Assembly: GCA_002347685.1 (NCBI GenBank)
Contig: DDWS01000026.1
Coordinates: 26,995 to 90,994, forward strand
Length of the DNA: 64,000 nt
DNA from: Syntrophaceae bacterium UBA2280
Lineage (GTDB): Bacteria > Desulfobacterota > Syntrophia > Syntrophales > Smithellaceae
Direction: 5' to 3'
In this document: piece after piece, positions 10,175-19,456 of the stretch
Numbering within the stretch: the first letter of the stretch is position 1
Layout: the number at the start of each line of letters is the position of its first letter
Notes under the pieces: generated by a model
The model's database searches: none
What the model saw: only the letters and a program-made list of their open reading frames with translations
Told to the model about the DNA's origin: nothing
Position numbers and translations under genes: made by a program

Positions 10175-11856
10175 TTTTCAGACCGGGGGAAACCCAGCAC
10201 GACTTTTGTGCCGGCCCCCGCCCGGCTTTCGATTTGAACCCTTCCGCCGTGCGCGTCCATGATTTTCTGCACGACTGCCAGCCCCAGCCCTGTTCCCGCC
10301 GGTTTTGACGTGAAATACGGATCGTAGATCCGTGGCATGTTTTCGCTGCTGATCCCCTCGCCCGTGTCGGCAATCACCACTTCGAGATCATCTTTGCGGA
10401 TTGAGGAGTCGACGGACAGCCGTCCGCCATCCGGCATGGCGGCCAGGGCATTCAAAAGAATATTCAGCAAAACCTGTTTCACGCGATCAGGATCAACGTC
10501 GACCGGAGGCAAACCATCCTCCGCCCGCACTTCAATCCCGATGGATTTTTCCCGCGCCTCGGCGGCAATCAGCCGGATGGCGTGGCCCACCAGATCCGCC
10601 ATGTTCGCCCGCTCAGTTTTCAATTCCAACGGCCGGGCAAATTCAATGAGCTGGCTGATCACGCGGTTGAGCCTTTCGGTCTCGGCGATCATAATGTCCG
10701 CGGTTAGCTCATCGTCGGGATGGCCGGAGAGCCTTTCTTTGAAATATACGGCAAAGCCCCGGATGGAACTGAGCGGATTCCTGATTTCGTGCGCCACACC
10801 CGCCGCAAGCGATCCGATGGCTCGCAGATGCCGGCTGCGGGCAACTTCCTTTTCCATCCGCCGCATGGCCGTCACATCACGCGCCAGCAGAATTCTGCCT
10901 TCGTTTCCATCATCATCCGTGAAGGTCGCCGCGACGACCTCCCAGATGTTCGTTTCACCCCGATGGTCTGTCAACTGCACATCGCGTTCGATTACCCCCG
11001 CTCCTTCATGGACATCTTCCAACAACCGCCAAAGGGCCGTCGGCAGCACAACGTCTGCCTGCCTGCCTGCAGCGTCCGGACAGGCGCCTTCAAAAAACTC
11101 CTGTGCTTTTTCATTGCAGGCGGCAATGCATCCCTGTGGATCAACCGCAATCAGACCGATCGGTAAATGGTTGACCAGTGCTTCGGAGAAAACCGTGATG
11201 CGCGATAAGGAGGAACGCGTCAGCCGATACGCCTGCACCAGAAAAAGCGACACAATGGCCAGCGAGCCGATCAGCGCAAGAATCAGTGCGACAAACAGCG
11301 TCCGGAAGGTATCTTCACGCGACGCGCTTTCAATTTTACTCATGTCGAAACCGACAAACACGATCATCGGACTTTGCCCCTCTTCAACCATCGGGACGCG
11401 CCACGGAGAAAATCCCCGATAGACCTCAAACGTTCCGGCACCATCGGGATTGGCCGTTTGCCGCCACGCGATTTTTGTGCTGTCGGCAAGCCTGACCGTG
11501 CCGAGATCCAATCCGTAATGGAGGCCCAGCATCGCCGGTTCGCTGTCCGCCAGAATCCGCCCGCGAGAATCCGTCACAATCATATAATCGATATCCGGCT
11601 GCTGAGCGGTCTCCATCAGAAGCTTCTGAAGATAGAATTCCCCGCCTTCAAAATCTCCGCGATATTGCAAACCCGCTTCAAAAGACCGGATCAACGTCGT
11701 GCCCTTTTCGACAAAAAGCATCTGGGCCTGATTTTTCCGCCCCTGAAACTGCGCAAACATCATCACACTCAGGATTCCGGCTAAAACCGCAAGCGCGCTT
11801 ACGGTCACCCAGACCGAAAGATCAAAGCGGATTTTTTTCTTTTTGATTTCCTTCAT
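10171..11856 (-). CDS. membrane sensor histidine kinase (ZraS/AtoS-like)
   Basis: H-box AHEIRNPLSSI, G-box GTGLGLAVV, and a TM helix after MKEIKKKKIRF. Start trimmed from 11946 to the ATG at 11856. Confidence 0.8.
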   Translation of the reverse strand: MKEIKKKKIRFDLSVWVTVSALAVLAGILSVMMFAQFQGRKNQAQMLFVEKGTTLIRSFEAGLQYRGDFEGGEFYLQKLLMETAQQPDIDYMIVTDSRGRILADSEPAMLGLHYGLDLGTVRLADSTKIAWRQTANPDGAGTFEVYRGFSPWRVPMVEEGQSPMIVFVGFDMSKIESASREDTFRTLFVALILALIGSLAIVSLFLVQAYRLTRSSLSRITVFSEALVNHLPIGLIAVDPQGCIAACNEKAQEFFEGACPDAAGRQADVVLPTALWRLLEDVHEGAGVIERDVQLTDHRGETNIWEVVAATFTDDDGNEGRILLARDVTAMRRMEKEVARSRHLRAIGSLAAGVAHEIRNPLSSIRGFAVYFKERLSGHPDDELTADIMIAETERLNRVISQLIEFARPLELKTERANMADLVGHAIRLIAAEAREKSIGIEVRAEDGLPPVDVDPDRVKQVLLNILLNALAAMPDGGRLSVDSSIRKDDLEVVIADTGEGISSENMPRIYDPYFTSKPAGTGLGLAVVQKIMDAHGGRVQIESRAGAGTKVVLGFPRSEK

Positions 11857-11941
11857 CCTTACACTCCGGCATGACCTGGATAGAATAAACCCGTATGGAT
11901 ACGCTAACTGGGTACCTATTATCCACCCTATGGGGATAAAA

Positions 11942-11958
11942 GGCAAATTCTATTTGCC
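11942..11958. promoter_or_regulatory. perfect palindrome GGCAAAT-N3-ATTTGCC, candidate activator site upstream of the sigma-54 promoter
   Basis: Read directly from the sequence. It lies about 45 bp upstream of the -24 element in the divergent HK/zraP-like intergenic region. Confidence 0.35.
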
Positions 11959-12001
11959 AGAAATTCGACATTATCCAGTAAATACGATAACATCCTCTCC
12001 A

Positions 12002-12017
12002 TGGCACAGGCTTTGCT
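12002..12017 (+). promoter_or_regulatory. sigma-54 (-24/-12) promoter
   Basis: TGGCAC-AGGCT-TTGCT matches the TGGCAC-N5-TTGCW consensus exactly. It is about 50 nt upstream of the Spy/CpxP-family gene and divergent from the NtrC-type two-component operon. Confidence 0.8.
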
Positions 12018-12068
12018 CTACTATCGGGTAACTGATCAGCAAAATATGTACAAAAAAGGAGAAAAACC

Positions 12069-12569
12069 ATGAAAAAAATGACTCTAACACTCGCAGCCAT
12101 CGCAGTGGGCCTGCTTTTTACGTCACAGGTGTTTGCGTGGGGTCCCGGCCCGGGAAAGGGCAGGGGTTATGGACCCTGCGGGGAAGCAGGTCTGGAAAGA
12201 TTAAACTTGACCGGCGAGCAGAAAACGAAGATCGAAGCCCTGCAAGTTTCGACAGATAAACAAATCCGACCGATTCGCGAGCAGATGTTCGACCAGTCCG
12301 TCGAGTTGCGCAAACTCTGGCTGCAGGCCAACCCGGATAAAGACCAGATTCTTGCCGCGCAAAAGAAAATGAGGGAATTACGCGACCAGGCGCAGGATAA
12401 ACAAACGGAATTACGGCTGGAAATCCGCAAAGTCCTCACACCCGAACAGCAGGAAATTCTGACGGGCACGGGCTGGGGAAGAGGTTCGGGATACGGCACA
12501 CGCGGCGGGAAAAGAGGCCCCGGCCGCGGCCACTCCGGTTGGGGTTCTCCAATGGGGATGTGTCCCTAG
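12069..12569 (+). CDS. periplasmic Spy/CpxP/ZraP-family stress protein (heavy-metal sensor-like)
   Basis: Signal peptide, two LTxxQ motifs (LTGEQ, LTPEQ), Gly-rich termini. Confidence 0.75.
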   Translation: MKKMTLTLAAIAVGLLFTSQVFAWGPGPGKGRGYGPCGEAGLERLNLTGEQKTKIEALQVSTDKQIRPIREQMFDQSVELRKLWLQANPDKDQILAAQKKMRELRDQAQDKQTELRLEIRKVLTPEQQEILTGTGWGRGSGYGTRGGKRGPGRGHSGWGSPMGMCP

Positions 12570-12592
12570 CCAGAGCGCACATCCTTCTTTTT

Positions 12593-12624
12593 GGAAAAGG
12601 GGAGCCTTAAGGCTCCCCTTTTCC
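12593..12624. terminator. bidirectional hairpin terminator
   Basis: Perfect palindrome GGAAAAGGGGAGCC-TTAA-GGCTCCCCTTTTCC between convergent genes. Both strands read a GC stem followed by TTTT. Confidence 0.7.
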
Positions 12625-12632
12625 ATTGTAAC

Positions 12633-13580
12633 CTATCCCGTGGTCATGCGGTTGCGGCCGTTTTCTTTGCTTTGGTAGAGCAGCCGATCCGCACGCTTGA
12701 TCAAAGTATCCACCGTATCGTCCGCGCGCATGTATGTCGCCCCCAGCGAGAGGGTCACCTGCAGCTTCGTCTGACTCAGCATGAGATACGACTCTTCCAC
12801 AAGCCTGCGCATCCGGTTGCCGATCTCTTCGATACTTTCCCCGGAAACATTTCGAATAATCGCTATAAACTCTTCGCCGCCCCATCGCCCGATCAAATCA
12901 AACGGCCTCGCGCTTTTGACCAGTGTTTCGGCGACATATTTCAAAACGCGGTCACCGACATCATGCCCGTAAGTATCGTTGACCTTCTTGAAGTAATCGA
13001 TGTCCATGAATAAAATGCCAAATGACATGCCGAAGCGCTTTCCCTCCTCAAAACAGCCCACAAGTCCTTTTTCGATGCCATGCCGGTTGGCCAGACGGGT
13101 CAGATTGTCCAGAAGGGCCATCTCCTCGAGCTCTTTCGCTCTGAGTTCTATCGATTTGTAGTTGCTGATATCCGTAAAGATTTCGACGCCTCCAATCGGG
13201 TTGCCCTGCTCATCGGACAGCGGGGACACGCGCACGGAAACGGGAATGCGATGACCGTTTTTATGGTGCATATATACCTCGGCCTGACGGTCCGATCCGT
13301 CTTCCATCGCCGCGTGCAAAGGACACATGGACAGGCACAGGCTGTTTCCCGATTCATCGACATGCGTCAGAATATTATCTGCGCAGGATCTGCCGACCAC
13401 CTCATCGGCCGAAAATCCTGATATCTTTTCTGCACCCTTGTTCCAGTAACGGATAACGCGATCGCGATCCACAAAATAGACCCCGTCGTAGAGATGATCG
13501 AGAACCATTTGGTAAGACTCATTATGCCAGACCATCAAACACCCTCCCCCGCCGTTTTTTCCTTCTACCGGACGCTCCAT
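12633..13580 (-). CDS. PAS domain-containing diguanylate cyclase (GGDEF)
   Basis: N-terminal PAS domain and a GGEEF active site (RWGGEEFIAI). Confidence 0.9.
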   Translation of the reverse strand: MERPVEGKNGGGGCLMVWHNESYQMVLDHLYDGVYFVDRDRVIRYWNKGAEKISGFSADEVVGRSCADNILTHVDESGNSLCLSMCPLHAAMEDGSDRQAEVYMHHKNGHRIPVSVRVSPLSDEQGNPIGGVEIFTDISNYKSIELRAKELEEMALLDNLTRLANRHGIEKGLVGCFEEGKRFGMSFGILFMDIDYFKKVNDTYGHDVGDRVLKYVAETLVKSARPFDLIGRWGGEEFIAIIRNVSGESIEEIGNRMRRLVEESYLMLSQTKLQVTLSLGATYMRADDTVDTLIKRADRLLYQSKENGRNRMTTG

Positions 13581-13680
13581 TTTCTCCGATGATGCCCTAC
13601 AACAACGCGGCGGTCAACGACAATTTTGAAGCATTGACTTCGTTTTCTCATCCTGTTAACGTCTTTCACGGAGGCATCGC

Positions 13681-14628
13681 ATGGACAAGATCAGGCTTGG
13701 AATCAGCACCTGTCTTCTGGGAGAAAATGTCCGTTATGACGGCGGGCATAAACTCGACCGCTTTCTTAGCGACACGCTGGGACAATATGTCGACTATGTG
13801 CCGGTCTGTCCGGAAGCAGAATGCGGTCTGGGCGTTCCGCGCGAAGCGATGCGCCTGGAAGGCGCGCCGGATGCCCCCCGTCTGATCACCCATCGCACCA
13901 AAGAAGATAAAACAGACAAGATGATCGCCTGGGCTGAAAAACGTCTGGCTGAACTGGAAACGGACGGTCTGTGTGGGTTCATCTTCAAAAGCGATTCACC
14001 GTCGAGCGGCATGGAACGCGTCAAAGTGTACGACGAAAAAGGCATGCCCGCCAAAACCGGCGTGGGCATTTTCGCACGGATGTTCATGGATCGATTTCCT
14101 TTGCTGCCCGTGGAAGAGGAAGGCCGGCTCCATGACACACTGCTTCGTGAAAATTTCATTGAACGGATTTTTACACTCAGGCGGTGGCGGGAAGCCAGGG
14201 CCGTGAAAGCCGGACGCGGGGCGCTGGTGGACTTTCACACCCGCTACAAATATTTGATTTTATCGCACAGCCCGAAACACTATACGGCAATGGGTAAACT
14301 CGTCGCGGATCAGAAAAGCCACAACCTTCGCGATCTTTTTTCACAGTACGAATCCCTGCTGATGGAGGCGCTGGCTCTGAAAACCACGCCGAAGAAAAAC
14401 ATCAACGTGCTTGAGCACATGATGGGTTACTTTAAAAATTCGCTATCCGCAGACGAGAAAAAAGAATTGCTGGAAATGCTCGATCAATACCGACTGGGCT
14501 ATCTGCCGCTGATCGTTCCCGTCACGCTGATCGGCCACTACGTGCGAAAATTCGATCAGCCGTATCTGAAGGATCAGATTTACTTAAACCCGCACCCGCT
14601 GGAATTGCAGCTCAGAAATCATGTGTAG
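13681..14628 (+). CDS. DUF523 (TudS/YbbK-like) plus DUF1722 (YbgA-like) fusion protein
   Basis: The N-terminus ISTCLLGENVRYDGGHK is typical of DUF523. The C-terminal half resembles YbgA. Confidence 0.7.
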   Translation: MDKIRLGISTCLLGENVRYDGGHKLDRFLSDTLGQYVDYVPVCPEAECGLGVPREAMRLEGAPDAPRLITHRTKEDKTDKMIAWAEKRLAELETDGLCGFIFKSDSPSSGMERVKVYDEKGMPAKTGVGIFARMFMDRFPLLPVEEEGRLHDTLLRENFIERIFTLRRWREARAVKAGRGALVDFHTRYKYLILSHSPKHYTAMGKLVADQKSHNLRDLFSQYESLLMEALALKTTPKKNINVLEHMMGYFKNSLSADEKKELLEMLDQYRLGYLPLIVPVTLIGHYVRKFDQPYLKDQIYLNPHPLELQLRNHV

Positions 14629-14633
14629 GATTA

Positions 14634-14838
14634 AGTTTAAAATTTAAAGTTTCAAGTTTAAAGTTCAAAGTTCAAAGTTGATGAACTCGTAAAAAGTCCA
14701 AGAATCGTCACACCGGCGAAGGCCGGTGTCCAGAACATATTGTAATCACTGGATTCCGGCCTTCGCCGGAATGACGTAAAAGGTGATTTATGACTTTTTA
14801 CGAGACCATCAAAGTTCAAAGTTCAAAGATCAAAGAGA
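14634..14838. repeat. composite intergenic repeat: AAGTTYA heptamer arrays flanking a roughly 120-bp nested palindrome
   Basis: Seven heptamer units at 14634-14682 and four at 14811-14838. The core has a 13-bp inverted repeat (CTCGTAAAAAGTC / GACTTTTTACGAG) enclosing two inverted copies of CGTCAYNCCGGCGAAGGCCGGNRTCCAG. Confidence 0.85.
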
Positions 14839-14876
14839 CCAACAGGGGTCGGGGCTCCCCGATCCCTGTTGGTCTC
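14835..14876. terminator. 20-bp-stem hairpin between convergent genes
   Basis: GAGACCAACAGGGGTCGGGG-CT-CCCCGATCCCTGTTGGTCTC, with a single G-T wobble. There is no clear U-tract. Confidence 0.5.
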
Positions 14877-14962
14877 ATAACGATTAACGCTTCACACCCG
14901 ACATCCAGCGCCTCATCCGGAATTCCCGGCATATGCTGGGCAGGCTGCCGGACTTACGCACC

Positions 14963-15853
14963 TCACGCCCTCCCGCTCTGCTTCAGCGCCTCGATGCGGT
15001 CTTCGAGCGGGGGATGGCTCATGAAAAGCAGTTTGAGACCGTGTTTGGAGGGTTTCCCGGCGATGCCGAACGCGGACATCTGCTCCGGCAGAGGCTCCTG
15101 CACGCCTTTTTTGAGTTTTTCCAGCGCGGCAATCATGCTGGCCGTACCGGCCAGTTTCGCGCCGCCGGCATCCGCCCGGTACTCTCGCTTGCGGCTGAAC
15201 CAAAGCACGATGACGCTGGCCAGAATGCCGAAAACGATCTGGGCGACAATGGTCGTGATAAAAAAGCCCAGGCCATGACCCTGTTCATTTTTCAGGATCA
15301 CGCGGTCCACAAAATGTCCGACCACACGTGAAATGAAGATGACAAACGTGTTGACGACGCCCTGAATCAGCGTCAGCGTAATCATGTCTCCGTTGGACAC
15401 GTGAGTAATCTCATGGGCCAGAACCGCTTCGACTTCGTTTTTGTTCATATTGCGCAAAAGTCCGGTGCTGACAGCGACCAGCGCGTTGTTCTTATTCATA
15501 CCGGTGGCAAAGGCGTTAGGCGCGGCAGAGTCGAAAACCGCGACTTCCGGCATACCGATCCCGGCCATCGCGGCCTGCTTTTTTACGGTTTCCACCAGCC
15601 ACATTTCGGTTTCGGAACGGGGCTGGGTGATCACCTGGGCACCCATGGCCCGCTTGGCCATCCACTTGGACATGGCCAGTGAGATCAATGACCCGCCAAA
15701 ACCGAACACGGCGGCAAACACCAGCAGGTTCCAGTAATTGAGTCCCACGCCGCTTTCATCCAGAATGCGATCGACGCCCAGCAGCCTCAAAACAATGCCC
15801 AAAACGACGAGCACGGCGATATTGGTCAGTAAAAACAACACCACTCTTTTCAT
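14963..15853 (-). CDS. htpX: zinc metalloprotease HtpX (M48)
   Basis: 296 aa, TM helices, HEITHV zinc motif. Confidence 0.9.
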   Translation of the reverse strand: MKRVVLFLLTNIAVLVVLGIVLRLLGVDRILDESGVGLNYWNLLVFAAVFGFGGSLISLAMSKWMAKRAMGAQVITQPRSETEMWLVETVKKQAAMAGIGMPEVAVFDSAAPNAFATGMNKNNALVAVSTGLLRNMNKNEVEAVLAHEITHVSNGDMITLTLIQGVVNTFVIFISRVVGHFVDRVILKNEQGHGLGFFITTIVAQIVFGILASVIVLWFSRKREYRADAGGAKLAGTASMIAALEKLKKGVQEPLPEQMSAFGIAGKPSKHGLKLLFMSHPPLEDRIEALKQSGRA

Positions 15854-15982
15854 TTCTTCATTCCTCCTGTGATGATTCCGGTGGCAAGCCTTAAACCGGC
15901 CCTGTAAACACTCTCTATCTTAGTTACACCCTACCGGATGTCAAGTATTTTCGCCTGATTTTCATCAGGGCACTTGAGGCCT

Positions 15983-17332
15983 TTATTGCCTCTGAAAATA
16001 CTGATGGATAGCGTCGAATGCCACTTGAACCATCCAGTCGATATCCTTTTCATCGACGACATAAGGCGGCATGAAATAGATGATATTCCCCAGGGGACGA
16101 AGCAGCACGCCTTTGGTGAGCGCGATGCGGTAAATGCCGTATCCGACACGTTTTTTCCAGTCAAATGTCTCTTTGGTGCACCGATCCGCCACCAGTTCCA
16201 GCGCGCCGATCATGCCGAGCTGGCGGTATTCGCCCACATACGGATGTCCGTCAAACAAGGTTTTGACTTTCGCTAAAAGCATCCGGCTTTTGATTTCGTT
16301 TTGCGCCAGAACATCTTCATCTTGAAAAATGCTGAGAGACTCTCTCGCGACCGCGCAGGCCAGCGCATTGCCGGTGTAGCTGTGCGAGTGCAAAAAAGCC
16401 TTCAACTCCGTATAGTCCGCGTAGAAGGCCGAATAGATTTCATCGGTCGTCACGACAAGCGACAGGGGCATGTAGCCCGCCGTGATCCCTTTGGACAGAC
16501 ACATCATGTCGGGGCTGACACCCGCGTGTTCGCAGGCGAACATTTTTCCCGTCCGGCCGAAGCCGACGGCGATTTCGTCGGCGATCAGGTGGATGTGATG
16601 CCGGGTGCAAAGCTCGCGGAGTTTTTTCAGATACGCGGGAGGGTAGATTTTCATGCCTGCCGCGCACTGCACCATAGGCTCGATGATCACGGCGCAGATT
16701 TCGTCCGCGTGCGCCTCGATCAACCGCTCCATCGATTCAAAACATTCGGCCCCGCACGTCTCGCGTTTTTTTTCGTAGGGACAGCGGTAGCAATCCGGCC
16801 CGGCGGCCTTCAGCGTGTCGAACATCAGCGGCTTGTAGATTTTACTGTAAAGATCGAGGTCACCGACGGACAAGGCGCCCAGCGTTTCTCCGTGATACGC
16901 GTCGGTAATCGCGGCGAATTTTGTTTTCCCCGCCCGTCCCGTCTGCTGATGATAATGAAAACTCATTTTGAGGGCCGCTTCCACCGCGGACGATCCGTTG
17001 TCGGTGAAGAAAACTTTATTGAGCCCCACGGGCGTGAGGCGTACAATTTCCTGCGCCAGATCAATGGCCGGCTCGTGAGAAAAATTAGCAAAGATGGCAT
17101 GTTCGAGTTTTTCGGACTGCTCGCGAAGCGCCCGGTTGATGCGGTCATTGGCGTGCCCGAAAAGATTCACCCACCACGACGACACGGCGTCGAGATAACT
17201 TTTCCCCTCCGTGTCATAGACATACGCGCCCTTCCCCCGCGCAAGAATGATCGGCGGAAAATCTTCGTAGTCCTTCATCTGCGAACAGGGATGCCAGATA
17301 TATTTTAAATCTTTTTTCTGAAGTTCATTCAT
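15983..17332 (-). CDS. bioA: adenosylmethionine-8-amino-7-oxononanoate aminotransferase
   Basis: Class III aminotransferase with PLP-lysine context [10 protein letters not shown]. Adjacent to bioF and bioD. Confidence 0.9.
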   Translation of the reverse strand: MNELQKKDLKYIWHPCSQMKDYEDFPPIILARGKGAYVYDTEGKSYLDAVSSWWVNLFGHANDRINRALREQSEKLEHAIFANFSHEPAIDLAQEIVRLTPVGLNKVFFTDNGSSAVEAALKMSFHYHQQTGRAGKTKFAAITDAYHGETLGALSVGDLDLYSKIYKPLMFDTLKAAGPDCYRCPYEKKRETCGAECFESMERLIEAHADEICAVIIEPMVQCAAGMKIYPPAYLKKLRELCTRHHIHLIADEIAVGFGRTGKMFACEHAGVSPDMMCLSKGITAGYMPLSLVVTTDEIYSAFYADYTELKAFLHSHSYTGNALACAVARESLSIFQDEDVLAQNEIKSRMLLAKVKTLFDGHPYVGEYRQLGMIGALELVADRCTKETFDWKKRVGYGIYRIALTKGVLLRPLGNIIYFMPPYVVDEKDIDWMVQVAFDAIHQYFQRQ

Positions 17333-17374
17333 TACTCATTACTCCTTATCCGGCATGCGCCGGACTTACGATCC

Positions 17375-18538
17375 TCACGCTCCGATCACACCCAGTTCGC
17401 GGCCGATATCCGAGATGCACGAAAGCGCCTGTTTAAGATCCTCACGGTCATGTGTGGCCATCAGATTGATGCGCAGGCGGCTGGTCCCCGGAGGCACGGT
17501 CGGCGGACGGATGGCGGAAACAAAGACATTCTGTTTCATCAATGCCTCGCTAAACGTTACAGCCAGATCCGGGCTTCCCAGAACCACGGACACAATCGGC
17601 GTGGGATGGTTCGCCACATCGAATCCGGCCTCACGAAGCGATTGACGAAGCCACAACGAATGCGCCAGCAGCGCTTCGCGCCTTTGCGGCTGGGTCCGCA
17701 CAATGTCGAGCGCCGCAAGCGACACGGCGATCATTGCGGGAGACAGTGCAGTAGAAAAAATAAAACTACGGGCCGTGTTGACCAGGTAATCGATCAGGGC
17801 GCGGCTGCCGGCGACAAAGCCGCCCTCGGACGCCAGGGCCTTGCTCAGCGTGCCGATTGAAATATCCACACCGCCTGTCATACCGAAATGATCCGCCACG
17901 CCGCCGCCGTGCGCACCCAGCACACCCGTGGCGTGCGCCTCATCGACCATCAGAAGCGCGCCATGCTGCCTGGCGATGCCGGCCAGCGAAGGAAGCGGCG
18001 CGATATCGCCATCCACGCTGAAGAGCCCGTCGGTGATGATCAGACGTTTTTTGCCCGGATCGTTTTTGATCCGTCGCTCCAGATCCGCCGGATCGCAATG
18101 TTCATAGACGACGATTTTAGCGCCGCTCAAACGGCAGCCGTCGATGATGCTGGCGTGATTGAGGCGGTCTGAATAGATCGTCCAGTCGTGATCGGCAACG
18201 GCGGAAATGACACCGACATTGGCCATATAGCCGGTGTTGAAAACGAGCGCCGCCGGAGTTCCTTTGAAGGCCGCGATTTCCTCTTCGAGCTTTTGATGGA
18301 TTTCATAACTGCCCGTGGTCAGCCGGGAGCCGCCGGAACCCGCACCGTATCGTTCCAGCGCGTCACGGGCGGCCTGCTTGAGACTTTCATCCGCGCACAG
18401 GCCCAGATAACTGTTGGACGACAGCATCAGCATGTCGTGATTGGCAATGCGCACGCGCGCGCACTGCGGCGACTGCAGATACTTCATCTGCCGGTAGAGG
18501 CCGTCGTCCTTGATCTTGCGAAGTTTTTCGTCAAACAT
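17375..18538 (-). CDS. bioF: 8-amino-7-oxononanoate synthase
   Basis: Alpha-oxoamine synthase family with PLP lysine GTLSKAL. bio cluster context. Confidence 0.9.
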   Translation of the reverse strand: MFDEKLRKIKDDGLYRQMKYLQSPQCARVRIANHDMLMLSSNSYLGLCADESLKQAARDALERYGAGSGGSRLTTGSYEIHQKLEEEIAAFKGTPAALVFNTGYMANVGVISAVADHDWTIYSDRLNHASIIDGCRLSGAKIVVYEHCDPADLERRIKNDPGKKRLIITDGLFSVDGDIAPLPSLAGIARQHGALLMVDEAHATGVLGAHGGGVADHFGMTGGVDISIGTLSKALASEGGFVAGSRALIDYLVNTARSFIFSTALSPAMIAVSLAALDIVRTQPQRREALLAHSLWLRQSLREAGFDVANHPTPIVSVVLGSPDLAVTFSEALMKQNVFVSAIRPPTVPPGTSRLRINLMATHDREDLKQALSCISDIGRELGVIGA

Positions 18539-18547
18539 TATTATCTT

Positions 18548-19270
18548 TCAGACGGTTTCCATCAAAGCCAGAATGTCACCGATGTCGATGGTTCGTTCAA
18601 ACACGTCGCGAAGGTCTCCCGGGTAACCTTTTTCGGTGTCCACCGCATCTATCGCCGGCAGCGTAAAAACCGCATCCACCCCGGCGAGTTTTTTAATCGT
18701 CGCGATATTATCCTGTTCGATCAGCGTCTGCCCGACGCTGTTGATGACGATGCCCTTGACCTTCAGGCCTGCCTGCCGCGCCATTCCGAGCGTCAGCAGC
18801 GTGTGGTTGATCGTACCGAGACCCGCGCGTGCGACCAGCAGCACGGGAAAGCCCAGCGAGCCGATCAATTCATACTGCATGGTGCCTTCGTCATTGAGCG
18901 GCACGGCCAAACCACCCGCACCTTCGGCAACGATGACATCATAGCGCGCTTTCAGTTCGTCGAGACTTTTAGAAATGACGTCCGGATCGATGCGCCGGCC
19001 CGACAGGCGCGCGGCCAGATGCGGCGCGACGGCGTCGGCAAACGAGTAAGGCGTCGCAATTTTCGGGTCTTCGGAAAAACCCGATACAGCGCCAACAAAC
19101 GCCAGATCGGCAGAGAGCTTTGCGCCGGAAACATCCACCTCCCCGCTCGCCACCGGCTTGAAGTAGGCCGCGTGTTCATTATTTTTCAGCAGCAGATACA
19201 TCAGCCCGGCCGAAACAACCGTTTTACCGACTTCCGTATCCGTTCCGATGATGTAGATCCCCTTACTCAT
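18548..19270 (-). CDS. bioD: dethiobiotin synthase
   Basis: P-loop GTDTEVGKT, 240 aa, bio cluster context. Confidence 0.9.
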   Translation of the reverse strand: MSKGIYIIGTDTEVGKTVVSAGLMYLLLKNNEHAAYFKPVASGEVDVSGAKLSADLAFVGAVSGFSEDPKIATPYSFADAVAPHLAARLSGRRIDPDVISKSLDELKARYDVIVAEGAGGLAVPLNDEGTMQYELIGSLGFPVLLVARAGLGTINHTLLTLGMARQAGLKVKGIVINSVGQTLIEQDNIATIKKLAGVDAVFTLPAIDAVDTEKGYPGDLRDVFERTIDIGDILALMETV

Positions 19271-19456
19271 CCGTCACACTCCGTCACTTTGTCCATTCGG
19301 CTCAACCGTCTTATCAAAAGACGAAACCCCGTGCAATCAAAGATTGCTTCACCGCCGGATATCTCACGGATGGAGAGGTCGTTTTTTCCTTGACAGACGC
19401 GCTTCGGATCAGTATGGGTATCAAAATTACGATTCACGCTCAAGGGGGAAAACGAT

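Noticed and set aside
12591-13013. ORFs on both strands starting MEKGSLKAPLF (12591..13013 plus, 12411..12626 minus).
   Set aside because: The identical N-termini arise because both read the same perfect palindromic terminator. The plus ORF is antisense to the GGDEF gene.
14790-15278. 162-aa ORF beginning MTFYETIKVQSSKIK.
   Set aside because: Its N-terminus is a translation of the palindromic repeat and the AAGTTCA heptamer array. The rest is antisense to htpX.
18188-19393. 401-aa plus-strand ORF. Similar long antisense ORFs occur at 16301..17308, 7931..8854, 10337..11422, 21571..22443, 43175..44092, 44508..45767, 57299..58207 and 62226..63200.
   Set aside because: Each lies fully antisense to a gene with strong family motifs (bioF/bioD, bioA, the kinases, bioB, porB, nuoF-like, the EBP, hflX). 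Their Arg/Gly/His-rich composition is what GC-rich antisense frames produce, and none has a recognisable motif.
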